Shown here piece after piece: positions 25,761-35,706 of a stretch of 49,943 nucleotides of DNA. Positions within the stretch are counted from its first letter, which is position 1. Each line of letters begins with the position of its first letter. This stretch comes from a virus (taxonomy: Duplodnaviria > Caudoviricetes), in IMG/VR virus record IMGVR_UViG_3300049828_000264, positions 1-49,943 of that record; one strand, given 5' to 3'. The notes below the pieces were generated by a model. The model saw only the letters and a list, made by a program, of their open reading frames with translations. It had not been told where the DNA came from and searched no databases. The position numbers were made by a program, and so were the translations under genes.

Positions 25761-25934
25761 TTACCGGGTCTCTGCCTGCGGAGGAAGCGACCGGCTTATG
25801 TAACCTATCTCTCCCGCAATCCGACGCACCACGCACAGCAGCTCGCGCTGCTGCCAGGCGTCGAGGGTCTCGTACAGCTTCGCCGCGTCGTGCCGTCGTA
25901 GCAGCTCGAGCGCGTCCGCGGTCGTCTTTATCAC
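25761..25934 (-). CDS. Small hypothetical protein (57 aa)
   Basis: GAGG RBS; GTGA overlap with fibre gene. Confidence 0.55.
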   Translation of the reverse strand: MIKTTADALELLRRHDAAKLYETLDAWQQRELLCVVRRIAGEIGYISRSLPPQAETR

Positions 25935-27901
25935 GTGACCTCGTTGTCGAAGTCGAACGCCGCGAAGCCGCTCGGCTTCCGGCCACCGAAAGGCCCCTTG
26001 AAGTTGTAAGTGAACCGGGCCTGCTTGTCGGCGGCGTAGGCCGAGAAAAACCCGAACAGCCCGACCCACATCTTGCCCGAGTACGCGGAGTTGATCGCCT
26101 GCGTCTTGAGTAACGTACCGTTGCGGTAGTACGTCACCTCCATAGCGGCGAAGTCGATGCCGACGCCGATGTAATCGTTTACCGCCCACGTCGCTATCGG
26201 GCTGCCGCCGTCCGCTGTGCCGTCAGTGTAGGTCGTGCCTACAGCGGTGTACGAGTATTGACCGGGCAAATCGCCCGTGACCGGAGGGGTGCCGCTGATC
26301 GTCAATCCGGTTCGCGTGGTGGCCGTCTCCATCGGGCATATGCCGATGGTGTAGCACTCATTCGCGCCGCCCGACCCGAAGCTGTCGATCTTCAATTCCA
26401 TGTAGAACTTCTGCTGACTCAGGAACGAGTAGACAGAATGGGACGTCCGCATGGCAATGTTGCCCGGGATGCTTTTTTGCGCCATGAAGCGCGAGTCGGT
26501 GATCTCGTTGTCCGTGAACCTAATGAACGTGTTGCGGAACTGATGGTTCATCAGCCGGCACACGGGGCGCTTCCCGCCCGCTCGACGCATCACAAATGCG
26601 CTCCACGGGTAAAACGCTACCTGCGAAGGGGCTACCCTCGGTGGGCGAGGAAGGATGTACGGCGTGCTGCCGGGAAGAATCGCTGCGCCACTGGTCGGTA
26701 GCAGCACCGGCACCTGCATTTTCGATGGACCCTCTACCAGTGCGACCGCGTTGACAAACAGTTGCGCAAAGAATCCGGGGTCGCTGGACGTGTTAGGGTC
26801 GCTCACGCTCCCGGTCCAGTGGACGCGGAATTTATAGGCGCCGGAGCTGACAGCCTCGAACAGATATCCAACGGTGAACCCGTTGTCTCCGGTCAGGTTG
26901 TCACCTTTCGGTGCAACCATCATGATCTTGTTGCCGGTGGCCGATACGTCCGTTGACCCCGGCACGGTGTAGAGAGCGGCCCCGGAATCTACGAACCCGA
27001 TGCCGTGCTCCGTATCGTCAGGGCGGATGTGCGTCAGCCATATCCGGCCACCTGAATTGTTGAATGCGGTGAAATCCAGCAGGAACGCATAGCTCTTGCC
27101 GGCCTCCAGCGTGACCGACTTCTCGAAGTAATGCATCCCGCCGCCGTTGTTCCCTACGATCTTGCAGGAGGACAGCACCGAGGCGTTCCTCGCGGCCACG
27201 GATCGTATCAGCCCGGTCGGGGTCCAGCCGAGCGGATCGAGGTCTGAGTAGTCGAACAGGTTGTTGGCGTCCTGCGTCGAATAGACCCCGGCCAGCGTGT
27301 GCCCCGCGCCAGGGCCCGGAACTTGAGCAATCTCGTTCGTGCAGGCGAACTCTACCTCCGTGCTGGTCGGTTCGTCGGCCGGGTCATAGTCCGGGGTGTT
27401 GTTCTGGAACTGGAAGAACAGATCGCCGGGGTTCGCGCACTCAAGGTATTGCGCTGGTCCGACCGGGCAGTACGTTTCCTCCGGCGTTTCGTGCGGGTTG
27501 AACATATAACCCGTAAAGATAGGGTCGGCGTCATTTTGGTTTCTGACGGCAACAGAGGCGTACACAATGTCGATTCCGCTCGACGGGGTGATCTCGAACG
27601 CAGGATCGGTGCCGTTCCACTTGCGCCAAAACACTTTCTGTCGGCCGGTACCGTACGAGCCCTCGCCCGCAATCAGGAGCCCGTCAAATATCTCGTACCA
27701 GCCGGTCGTCGGCCACGTTACCGCGCCAGGGTTGAAGTACGATATGCAGACTAGCTGCGCGTCTCCCGCGACCATTCCCGGCGGGTTCGGCGCGATCATG
27801 GGGACGCCTTCGTCTCTGTCTATGGCTCCGCATATGTGCGACACATTGGCGTTGCCCGGCGCTATTCGTATGCCGAGAGGGATGTAGAACGTCGGCCACA
27901 C
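25931..27901 (-). CDS. Putative receptor-binding/tail protein with C-terminal SPRY/B30.2-like domain
   Basis: KFY.E, IGI, D.IGVGID...VTYYRNG, NF..PF...PSGF; position in tail region. Confidence 0.75.
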   Translation of the reverse strand: MWPTFYIPLGIRIAPGNANVSHICGAIDRDEGVPMIAPNPPGMVAGDAQLVCISYFNPGAVTWPTTGWYEIFDGLLIAGEGSYGTGRQKVFWRKWNGTDPAFEITPSSGIDIVYASVAVRNQNDADPIFTGYMFNPHETPEETYCPVGPAQYLECANPGDLFFQFQNNTPDYDPADEPTSTEVEFACTNEIAQVPGPGAGHTLAGVYSTQDANNLFDYSDLDPLGWTPTGLIRSVAARNASVLSSCKIVGNNGGGMHYFEKSVTLEAGKSYAFLLDFTAFNNSGGRIWLTHIRPDDTEHGIGFVDSGAALYTVPGSTDVSATGNKIMMVAPKGDNLTGDNGFTVGYLFEAVSSGAYKFRVHWTGSVSDPNTSSDPGFFAQLFVNAVALVEGPSKMQVPVLLPTSGAAILPGSTPYILPRPPRVAPSQVAFYPWSAFVMRRAGGKRPVCRLMNHQFRNTFIRFTDNEITDSRFMAQKSIPGNIAMRTSHSVYSFLSQQKFYMELKIDSFGSGGANECYTIGICPMETATTRTGLTISGTPPVTGDLPGQYSYTAVGTTYTDGTADGGSPIATWAVNDYIGVGIDFAAMEVTYYRNGTLLKTQAINSAYSGKMWVGLFGFFSAYAADKQARFTYNFKGPFGGRKPSGFAAFDFDNEVT

Positions 27902-28713
27902 TACGAAATGCGCCTGAAATAGTCCACTAGGATCATGCCGGGGTTGGTGTAGTTGAACATCCCCAAACCTATCTTGTCCGGCGCTGTTCCGAGGTGCGTG
28001 GAAATAGCCTCGCTGGATAAGTCTATAAAAGTCCCGTCGTGTCCGCTGAGAGAGGCTCTGTAGTAGATCGTCGTAGCATCGACCTCCAGCTCCAAATAAT
28101 AGCCGCTAACAGACATGAACCACGCGGCTCCAACGGCTGCCACCCAATAGGTGCTACTGACTTCTGTAGCGCCGTTGAACTTATGGACGCCAAGCCTGTA
28201 GGCACCGTCTGCAAAACGCATCCCGAAAATGATGTTTTTCGTCGTGCTGTAGGAAACTGAAATGCCTACTGTTCTATACGCCTCCCACACGTTTTCTATC
28301 CCGTCAGTCCGCGCGGAGCGCACGTGTGCGCGAACTTTGAACGAGCCGGAGATCGCCTGGTTGTAGACGTTGACGGTTGCGCCCGCTGCTTTAATCAGCA
28401 CCGCGCCCTGCGCCTGCGTTACGGTGGGTGCGGAACCGGATGAGAAGTTCGTGTCGCGCGTCCATTTGCCGGTGTCGAAAGTCGTGTCGTCGAACTCGTC
28501 GTCCGCAGCGTTAGGTGATGCAGGCGGGGTCTGTGGGAGCGTGGCGCCGCCACCGCCCGACCCGAAGGGTCCGGTCTCCACCCCCGCGTCATCGATGACG
28601 TAGAGGCCAGCGGCCTTAAAGTACGCCTTCCACTCGCCGGAGGTCGGCGTCGAGGGTGCCGATGCCTGCTCAACGAAGTTGATTGCCGGGATGTTGGCTG
28701 CGTCGATTTTCAT
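27901..28713 (-). CDS. Tail fibre-associated protein with beta-sandwich (lectin-like) C-terminus
   Basis: PSTP.SG...Y.K, DDEFD....D.GKW, terminal VDYFR. Confidence 0.7.
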   Translation of the reverse strand: MKIDAANIPAINFVEQASAPSTPTSGEWKAYFKAAGLYVIDDAGVETGPFGSGGGGATLPQTPPASPNAADDEFDDTTFDTGKWTRDTNFSSGSAPTVTQAQGAVLIKAAGATVNVYNQAISGSFKVRAHVRSARTDGIENVWEAYRTVGISVSYSTTKNIIFGMRFADGAYRLGVHKFNGATEVSSTYWVAAVGAAWFMSVSGYYLELEVDATTIYYRASLSGHDGTFIDLSSEAISTHLGTAPDKIGLGMFNYTNPGMILVDYFRRIS

Positions 28714-28714
28714 G

Positions 28715-29545
28715 TCATTCCTCTACCAGCACGTTGCCGTCCGCGTCTACCAGCACCTCGCCATCGGCGGTGAGAATCGTGTCAGCCGCGAAACCCTGTA
28801 TGTACCGTCCGAGCACTTTCTTGTAAGCGGATGCGCTCGCATCATACATCCAGAACAAGTCCGCCTCCGGGTCGACTGACGTCTCTGCAGGCAGCGCGGT
28901 GATGTCCGGTCCCGGGCCAGTGGGCCCCGTAGCGCCATCCGCGCCTGCCGGTCCGGTCGCGCCCACGGGCAGCGAACCGCTGCCTGTGCCACTGCCCGTG
29001 AAGTCAGGGAGATACGAGCAAAGCCACTTGCCCGTCGATCGACGGTACTGCCCCGAAATAAGATCAACTGCTCCAGCTCCGGTAGATACGGTAGGTACGA
29101 CTCCCATGATCCACTGGTACGCCGAACCGAACGTCAGGTCGCTCGCCGGAGAGCCTTGCGTGATGACGATGTTGATAACTTGGCCGTTGAATCCGCCGGC
29201 CGGGTCACTCAGCACAGCGTCCTCTGTCAACTCCACTTCAAACACGTTGGACTGGCGGCAGGGGATGGCGATGACCCCGCCCACGGAGGTACACGTGTAC
29301 GCCGCGGTCCCCTTGCCCGCGGTGTGCTGGTTCGGCCAGCGGAGGCGGTCGTAGGCGTACGCGCCGACGTCCGGGTTCAACGCTTTGGTCGTCAGGACGC
29401 CGGCGTCTGTTTCGTCGCGCGTGGCGAACGCGAACTCCGCCTGGAGCTGCTGGATGATGGTCTGTTGGCTCGGGCGGATGAACTGCACCCGCTTGACGTT
29501 ATCCTCAAGCTGGTACTTCGTGCGCCTGATCGTTTTCTTGGCCAC
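28715..29545 (-). CDS. Tail fibre-associated protein with short collagen-like repeat
   Basis: FAT..E..AG, GQ...I.ITQ, PT.ST.AGAVDLI, GATGPAGADGATGPTGP. Confidence 0.75.
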   Translation of the reverse strand: MAKKTIRRTKYQLEDNVKRVQFIRPSQQTIIQQLQAEFAFATRDETDAGVLTTKALNPDVGAYAYDRLRWPNQHTAGKGTAAYTCTSVGGVIAIPCRQSNVFEVELTEDAVLSDPAGGFNGQVINIVITQGSPASDLTFGSAYQWIMGVVPTVSTGAGAVDLISGQYRRSTGKWLCSYLPDFTGSGTGSGSLPVGATGPAGADGATGPTGPGPDITALPAETSVDPEADLFWMYDASASAYKKVLGRYIQGFAADTILTADGEVLVDADGNVLVEE

Positions 29546-29548
29546 GGA

Positions 29549-32524
29549 TCAGCTTGCCGGGCCACGGCGGATGTTCGTGATCCACGGCTTGCCATCAGGG
29601 CGCTCTTTCGTAATCCCGCCGTTGGCCTCGATGGCGCGCTCGATCTCGTCGAGGTTGCCATCGAATTCGACGGCGCCCTTACGCTCCAGACTCCGCCACG
29701 GACGCAGCGCGGCGCGCGTCATGGTGATGCCGCCGTCGAGGGGCAGCCCACGCTTCTCCGCTTCCGCCAGCGCGTCCATGATGTTCTGCTGGCCGAGCCC
29801 CTTGGCCTGCACGTTCTCGTCGACGTTGGTCCGCTGGATGTTCAACCGCCCTTCGCTCTCCCGCAGGATGATGCGGCGGTTGTCGCCTTTGATTTCAAAC
29901 TCGTCCGCGCCGAGCGCCGGGGTGTCGCCGCCCGTGAATTCCGGCGCGGCCTCGCGCGGCGCGCTGTCCTCGAGCATCAGCTCGTCGCCCAAGCCGACCG
30001 GCGTCTCGCCCTGCGGTCCCGGTGCGTCCGGGTCTAGCAGCTCGCCCTCGCGCGCTGCGCGACGCGCACCGGGGGTGCCGAGGCCGAAGTCCTCGAAGTC
30101 CTGCGCGAGCCCCACGTCGCCCTGCGGGCTGCCGATCAGCGTCTCGCGCGTCGGCGCGGGCAGCGCCAGCGGCTCTTGGGGGATGAGTTCCTGGTCCAGC
30201 TCGAGGTCCTCCGCGCGCGTGCCGCGGCCCCCGGCCCGGGGCATATTGCGCCGGTTCGGGTTGAGCGACTTGCCGCGGGTGTCGGCCGGGCCGAAGTCGG
30301 GCTCGATGGTGTCCGGCCCCGCCTGACGCAGCGAGAGACCGCCGGCGTCCGGGTCGGGGAGCGGAAGCTCGAACGGCACGGTGTCGCCGCCGAGGTTGAA
30401 GAAATCGGCCAGGAGGTCGAGGTCGCCCTTGACCCGCGGCTGCATCGGCTCCGCGGCCCCCGGTACGATGTCGGGGTTGGCCACGGGGTCGGGTTGCAGC
30501 TCGAAGCCCAAGTCGTCGATCGGCCGGGCGCCAATCTCGCCCTGCAGCATGGCGTCCGGGCGCGTCGGCACCACGGGGGGCGCTCCGACGTCCTCAGAGA
30601 ACGGCAGCGCGTCGTAGCCCGGCACCGGACCGCGAAGGTCGGGACCGTCGAGCGGCCCTTCCAGCGCCACGCCAGCGGCCTTGCGGTCCATGCTGGGCGG
30701 CAGCCGGGGCGAGGGTATCAGGTCCTCGGCCAAGCCAAGCTCGGCCGGCGCCTGCACCGGCAGCTGGGTGCCCTCGAACGGCACGCCGGTCGGGTCGGGC
30801 AGGACGTCGAGCGGCCCTTCGCCGGCCGGGCTCCACGGGAAGCGCCCGTCAGGGGGCGGACCGGCCGGGGGCGGCGCGGCCGGCGGCGCCGCGAACGGGC
30901 TTTCGTCGACGGCGCCGGGGACGTAGTTCGGGTCGGCGCGGCCGTACTTGTTCTGGAAGCTGTCGCTCATCAGGTACGGAATTTGCTCGCGCCCCGCCAT
31001 GCGCCGGGCGAACAAGCTGGCGGTCGTGAACATGCTCTGGTTCGACGACTGCGGGATCGAGATACCAGTGGCCGAGCGCATGGTCTCAGGGAAGTTCGTA
31101 GCGACTTCGGCGATCTCGCCAAGGAAGCCGGAGAGCGGGAACTTCTCGCCGATCCGGGCCAGCCGGGTAGCGTCGACGTTCGGACCGTCCATCGCGTCCT
31201 GGACGTTGTGGATTTGGGCCAGCTTCATGCGCGCTTCGCGCAGCCGCGTGACCAGCCCCGGCGGCGACTGGCGCTCGATTGCGCGCTCCAGCGCGTCGGC
31301 CGCCTGACGGTAGGCGATGGCCGCCTGCTCCGCCTCCACGTCGCCGACCTTCTGGAACGCGGTGCGCGCGTCCTTGCGGTATTCACGTATCGCGTCGAGC
31401 GCTTTCTGCGTATCTACCACATCGGCAGACAGCAGGCGGTCCCGAATCTGATCGACGGCGGCGGTGTTGCGCAGATACGGGTTGTCCCGACGCGCGGCGC
31501 CGAGCGCCTCGGCCGCAGCCGTCAGCTCCGCATCGCGCACCAGCTGCGGAGTGGCTCGCGCCACCTCGTTGTAGACCGCGTTGTGCGGGTACTTGGCCAG
31601 CTCGAGCGCCTCGTCCGTGACCTCGGAAATGCCTAGTTCCTTGGCCGCGAACGCGTTGGTCCGCTTCTGGTTGTCGATCGCAAAGCGCTCCGGCATCCCC
31701 GGGCCGGTGAACGTCGAGCGCAGCATCCCGGGAGCGCGCTCACCGGTGGTGCCGAGCGGCGCTTCCATCTGCGCTTTGGCCGTAACCTGCTCCGGCGTCA
31801 CCCGGTAGTCGAGCCGGCGCGCCGTCTCCACCGCGGGACCGAACGGGCGCAACGGTGCGCCTCCCGGGGTGACGGCGGCCGCAATGTTCGGCGGCTTCGC
31901 CCCGGCGAATGCGGCGCCCGCGCCCACGGTGCCAGCGATGGTCTGTGCAACCGGGCCGCCGCCGGCCCCGCGCGTCGCTTCGAGCGCTGCAGTGCCGGTG
32001 CCGGCGCCGATGAGCTGCCGGCCAGGCATATCGGCGAGCGCCTCGCCCACCTTGCCAGTGACCGTGCCGGGGAGGCGCTCAGCCACTTCCCGGCCGATGC
32101 CGGTGCCGCCGAGCGCGCCGCCGGCAAACTCAGCGCCCGTCGACACGATCTGCTCCACCGGGTTGCGCGGGGCCAGCTCCGGGGGGCTCAGCAAGTCCAT
32201 TGGGCCGCGGAAGAAACGCGGGAGGTCACGGTCGCGCGGCGCGCCCGCCGCCCCCGGCACGAAGTCGACGGCGGCATCGACGCCTTCCTCCAGCATGGCC
32301 GGGAGCGCAACGAGCGGGTTGCCGCGGCCGAGGCCGGTCAATGCCTGCGCGGTCGAACGGAACAATTGCTCGCCCGCGCCCGGACCCTTGTGGCCGGCAG
32401 CGATGCGAGCGTTGGCCGCAGCCGCTTCTTCCTCGGCTTTCTGCCGCGTCCCTGCGACGCGAGCCGATGAAACGTCGAAGCCCTGCGGCTTGTACTGGCG
32501 AGCGGTAGAGAGGTCGAAGGCCAT
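29549..32524 (-). CDS. Large internal virion/DNA ejection protein with acidic Pro-rich linker and C-terminal GNAT-like domain
   Basis: FDLSTA/FDVSSA N-terminal repeat, Gly/Ala-rich hydrophobic helices; position after tail genes. Confidence 0.8.
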   Translation of the reverse strand: MAFDLSTARQYKPQGFDVSSARVAGTRQKAEEEAAAANARIAAGHKGPGAGEQLFRSTAQALTGLGRGNPLVALPAMLEEGVDAAVDFVPGAAGAPRDRDLPRFFRGPMDLLSPPELAPRNPVEQIVSTGAEFAGGALGGTGIGREVAERLPGTVTGKVGEALADMPGRQLIGAGTGTAALEATRGAGGGPVAQTIAGTVGAGAAFAGAKPPNIAAAVTPGGAPLRPFGPAVETARRLDYRVTPEQVTAKAQMEAPLGTTGERAPGMLRSTFTGPGMPERFAIDNQKRTNAFAAKELGISEVTDEALELAKYPHNAVYNEVARATPQLVRDAELTAAAEALGAARRDNPYLRNTAAVDQIRDRLLSADVVDTQKALDAIREYRKDARTAFQKVGDVEAEQAAIAYRQAADALERAIERQSPPGLVTRLREARMKLAQIHNVQDAMDGPNVDATRLARIGEKFPLSGFLGEIAEVATNFPETMRSATGISIPQSSNQSMFTTASLFARRMAGREQIPYLMSDSFQNKYGRADPNYVPGAVDESPFAAPPAAPPPAGPPPDGRFPWSPAGEGPLDVLPDPTGVPFEGTQLPVQAPAELGLAEDLIPSPRLPPSMDRKAAGVALEGPLDGPDLRGPVPGYDALPFSEDVGAPPVVPTRPDAMLQGEIGARPIDDLGFELQPDPVANPDIVPGAAEPMQPRVKGDLDLLADFFNLGGDTVPFELPLPDPDAGGLSLRQAGPDTIEPDFGPADTRGKSLNPNRRNMPRAGGRGTRAEDLELDQELIPQEPLALPAPTRETLIGSPQGDVGLAQDFEDFGLGTPGARRAAREGELLDPDAPGPQGETPVGLGDELMLEDSAPREAAPEFTGGDTPALGADEFEIKGDNRRIILRESEGRLNIQRTNVDENVQAKGLGQQNIMDALAEAEKRGLPLDGGITMTRAALRPWRSLERKGAVEFDGNLDEIERAIEANGGITKERPDGKPWITNIRRGPAS

Positions 32525-33900
32525 TACTGCACCACTTCCTCGATCTGTGTGCCGTCCGGGCTCACGTACGCGAGGTTGCCCTGCGCGTCCTCGAGCAACT
32601 CCCAGCCCTTGTCATTCCGCGGCGGAAGCGGGGCCTTCGGCGCGGCCGACGCGCCCGGGGCCGCCGGTTGGGCTCCGGGCGTTGCGTTGCTCAGCCCGCG
32701 AGCCTTTATCAAGTCGCCGAGGGTCACGGTGGCCGGAGCGACCTCGAGGGCGGCCACATCGGCGTGCGTGAAAGGAATCGTCTTGCGCACGGCGGCGATG
32801 AGGTCCGCCATGTACTGTTTCTGCTGCGCCGGCACGCGCGGGTTGGACAGGTACGGATCGAGACCGGACTGAATCGTCTGCGCCATTTCCGCCAGCTTGC
32901 GCAGGCGCGTGAATTCGGTGTCGCCCTCGCGCAGCGCTAGGCGATCGTACTGGCCGCGGAACGCATCGGACGCCGCGAGACCGTGGCCTTCGATCTGCGC
33001 CAAGTTGGTGTCGAGGCCCGCGATCATCGTGTTGTAGCTCTGCACGTCCTGGCTCGACACGGTGTTGCGCAGCGTGTCGATGCCCGCCGTGAAGATATTG
33101 GCGCCCGGCTTCGAGCCGATGCCGAATACGCCGGCCGACGTGCCCACCGGCATATCGACGATGTTCTGGATCGTCTGCTGCGCGTTCTTGGCACCGCCCA
33201 CGATGCGGTTGAAGAATACCGACTCGCGCGCACCCATCACCGGCTGGCGTGCGTCGACGAACGCGAAGTTGCCTTCGCTCACCGGCTTCGTCGGATCGAA
33301 CGCTGGGTTGGCCACGAAGCCCGAGGGCGGCTTGCCAGCCCCGTCGACCGTCGTGCTCGAGGTCGTGCGCAAATCGGGGTCGGCAGCGCGGGCGTCCGCC
33401 AGCTGCGTCTGCGCCACATTCTCATCGATCATGGACTCACCGAGATCGCTCATCATCACAGTGGGGTCGTCCGCCGTTATGTCGGTGTAGCCGCCCGTAC
33501 CGACCGCTTTGAGCGGCGAATACGGCTTGCCATCAACCGCGCCGAGCGCACGCTGTACAATCGAGTTCGGTTGCGTCGGATCGGCCGCCGTGTCGCGGAG
33601 GTTCAATTCCTGATTGTTGAGCATACCGGCGGTGGTGTCCTGGAATTCGTCACCGAGGCCGGCGAGCATCGTGGTGCCCACCAGTTCATGATTCTTGATG
33701 CCAGCGCGCGCCAAGTCGCCGCGCAGCCGTTCGCGCTCGCGGTTCTGCGACTCGAGCGTGATGTTGTTTAGCTGGCGTTCGCGCGCGAGCCCGAGCGCGC
33801 TTTCGGTCTGCGCGGTGCGCAACCGGCCTTGCTCGAACGCGCCTTGGCGGTCGATACCGCCGCCGAGCACGCTACCGAGTTGTTCCCATCCGGTTGCCAT
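32524..33900 (-). CDS. Internal virion/DNA ejection protein (458 aa)
   Basis: AAGGA RBS; position; Gly-rich N-terminus, helical Q/A-rich body. Confidence 0.75.
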   Translation of the reverse strand: MATGWEQLGSVLGGGIDRQGAFEQGRLRTAQTESALGLARERQLNNITLESQNRERERLRGDLARAGIKNHELVGTTMLAGLGDEFQDTTAGMLNNQELNLRDTAADPTQPNSIVQRALGAVDGKPYSPLKAVGTGGYTDITADDPTVMMSDLGESMIDENVAQTQLADARAADPDLRTTSSTTVDGAGKPPSGFVANPAFDPTKPVSEGNFAFVDARQPVMGARESVFFNRIVGGAKNAQQTIQNIVDMPVGTSAGVFGIGSKPGANIFTAGIDTLRNTVSSQDVQSYNTMIAGLDTNLAQIEGHGLAASDAFRGQYDRLALREGDTEFTRLRKLAEMAQTIQSGLDPYLSNPRVPAQQKQYMADLIAAVRKTIPFTHADVAALEVAPATVTLGDLIKARGLSNATPGAQPAAPGASAAPKAPLPPRNDKGWELLEDAQGNLAYVSPDGTQIEEVVQ

Positions 33901-33909
33901 AATGGTTCC

Positions 33910-34617
33910 TTAGAACGGCCCGCGACGTGTGGGGATAGCGCCGCCGCCGATCCCGCCGACACCAAAGCCGCCTGTCGGCAGCCGCTTCGTCGGTACTTGG
34001 ATGTCCTCGAAACCGGCCATCGGGTCCATGCGGCCGGAGTAGTCCACCATGCCTGCGCCGGCGCCCTTGGCGATCTGCCCGGCCGCCTGCGTCCACGGGT
34101 TCCCTGTGATGCCGCCAAGGCGCAGCCGGTCGAGGAAATCCTGCCCCGACGCCTCGCGCGCGGTGCCGGCGACGTCGCTGCCCATGCGGTTGACGGCGAA
34201 CCCTTCGTTCTGCCGCTGGTCGCCGGCCGCACGGATGCGCGAGAGGATGCCAGCCGCCTTCTCCCCGAAGTTGCCGATCGCTGCTTTTGACTGGTCAACG
34301 TCCTGCCCGTAGCGCGAGCCGGCCGGGGCCGCACCAAGGTTGCCCTCCATGTTGCCGCGCGCCGAGCGCAACGTCTGCATGAACTTGTCGAGCGACGCAG
34401 CGCGCTCGTCGTCGGGGTTCGAGCCCTCGAGCGCACCGATCTCGGTGTTGACGCGCTCGTCCATTTCGCGCTGCTTGGCCGCCTGGTTGCGGATGCCTTG
34501 CGCCGCTGCGCTGTCCTGCGCGTCGGCCGTGCGCTTCGCGTCGTAGGCGGTGGCTCCGGCTCCGGCGGCGGAAAGCGCCATGCCAATGAGTGCGATAGTG
34601 CCTGCTTCGAGTCCCAT
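33910..34617 (-). CDS. Internal virion/ejection protein (235 aa)
   Basis: Hydrophobic Gly/Ala N-terminus, Q/A-rich; position. Confidence 0.75.
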   Translation of the reverse strand: MGLEAGTIALIGMALSAAGAGATAYDAKRTADAQDSAAAQGIRNQAAKQREMDERVNTEIGALEGSNPDDERAASLDKFMQTLRSARGNMEGNLGAAPAGSRYGQDVDQSKAAIGNFGEKAAGILSRIRAAGDQRQNEGFAVNRMGSDVAGTAREASGQDFLDRLRLGGITGNPWTQAAGQIAKGAGAGMVDYSGRMDPMAGFEDIQVPTKRLPTGGFGVGGIGGGAIPTRRGPF

Positions 34618-34619
34618 TG

Positions 34620-35231
34620 TCAGGTGCTCCCAAACGAACTTTTACCGTAGACAGAACCGTATGCCGCCCTCTCTCCGCGGCGTCGCTCAGCGGCCTCCTG
34701 CTGCTGCTTGTACAGCTGGGCAGTGGTGCCGAATATGTCGCCCAAGCCGTCCGCCGTCGCGCGACCGCTGGCGATCTGCGCGTTGGACTGCATGGCCGCG
34801 CCGGCGCGCGAGGCGGCCGTGGTCGCGTCGAGCCCCTGGCGGATCATGGACAGGATACCGAGGCGCGAGGATTCGTCTTGCGCGCGGAGGTTGCCCTGCG
34901 CTTCCTGCGCCCGGCCCTCGGCGTCCAACAGCCCCTTGGTGTATTCCTCGCCGAGATTCCGGTTGGCGTCGACGGCGGCACTGCCGCCCGTCAACCCGGA
35001 GCGGGCCATCGAGAATTTCAGCTTGCGGTCGGCGATGCCTTTCTGCTTGTCCGCGTCGAGACGGTAGTTCTCACGAACCGCGTTGAGGAAATCCTCGAGC
35101 TGGGCGGCGCGCCCCGGCGCATCGAACACCGCGTTGACGCGCCCGGTGGCGCGGGACATTGCCGCTTGCCGCTCTTGCTCCGCGCGTTGGGCGGCCTCTT
35201 GCGCCTTGCCAGCGTCGTTGCTACTTCCCAT
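34620..35231 (-). CDS. Internal virion/ejection protein (203 aa)
   Basis: ARSGL.GGS motif, Q/A-rich helices. Confidence 0.75.
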   Translation of the reverse strand: MGSSNDAGKAQEAAQRAEQERQAAMSRATGRVNAVFDAPGRAAQLEDFLNAVRENYRLDADKQKGIADRKLKFSMARSGLTGGSAAVDANRNLGEEYTKGLLDAEGRAQEAQGNLRAQDESSRLGILSMIRQGLDATTAASRAGAAMQSNAQIASGRATADGLGDIFGTTAQLYKQQQEAAERRRGERAAYGSVYGKSSFGST

Positions 35232-35706
35232 CGGGGGACCTCGTACGCGAAAACATCAGAGCATCCTCACCGTTCACACCATAGCCGCGCAGGGTCCCCT
35301 CCAGCGTCAGCCCTAACGGTCGATACCAGCGGTGAGCGTGGATTCGACTTGCAAGCGAGACACATTGTAGCCTATGGGCCCCGCTCTGCAACATGGAGTC
35401 CATCGCCCGGCGGCAGATTCGAGTGACCCCCCGCCAGTGGGTGTCCCACGCTGACGGCGTGGACAGAAGCCAGTCCTGCCACACCCCGGGCCGGATCATG
35501 TCAAATCCGGCGATGAACACCGGCTCCCCGGCCGCCGTAATCACCCACGCTGGCCCGACGTGCTGGTGCAGCACCGACGATATGCGCTCCGGGTCGAATT
35601 TCTTACCGGTGAACGCCTCGTATTGCGTCCGCTCGTCCTCTGGCATCTGCTGGCTCACGATCAGGAAATCGATCAGTTTCGGGTCCTGATAGATCGAGAG
35701 CTTCAC
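35221..35706 (-). CDS. GNAT-fold protein (T7 gp13-like position)
   Basis: GEPVFIAG, HRLQC.S, RWY..LG...EG.LRGYG.NGED; between nozzle and ejection genes. Confidence 0.75.
   Translation of the reverse strand: MKLSIYQDPKLIDFLIVSQQMPEDERTQYEAFTGKKFDPERISSVLHQHVGPAWVITAAGEPVFIAGFDMIRPGVWQDWLLSTPSAWDTHWRGVTRICRRAMDSMLQSGAHRLQCVSLASRIHAHRWYRPLGLTLEGTLRGYGVNGEDALMFSRTRSPDGK

Noticed and set aside
25931-29545. Diversity-generating retroelement acting on the fibre genes
   Set aside because: No reverse transcriptase and no template/variable repeat pair seen
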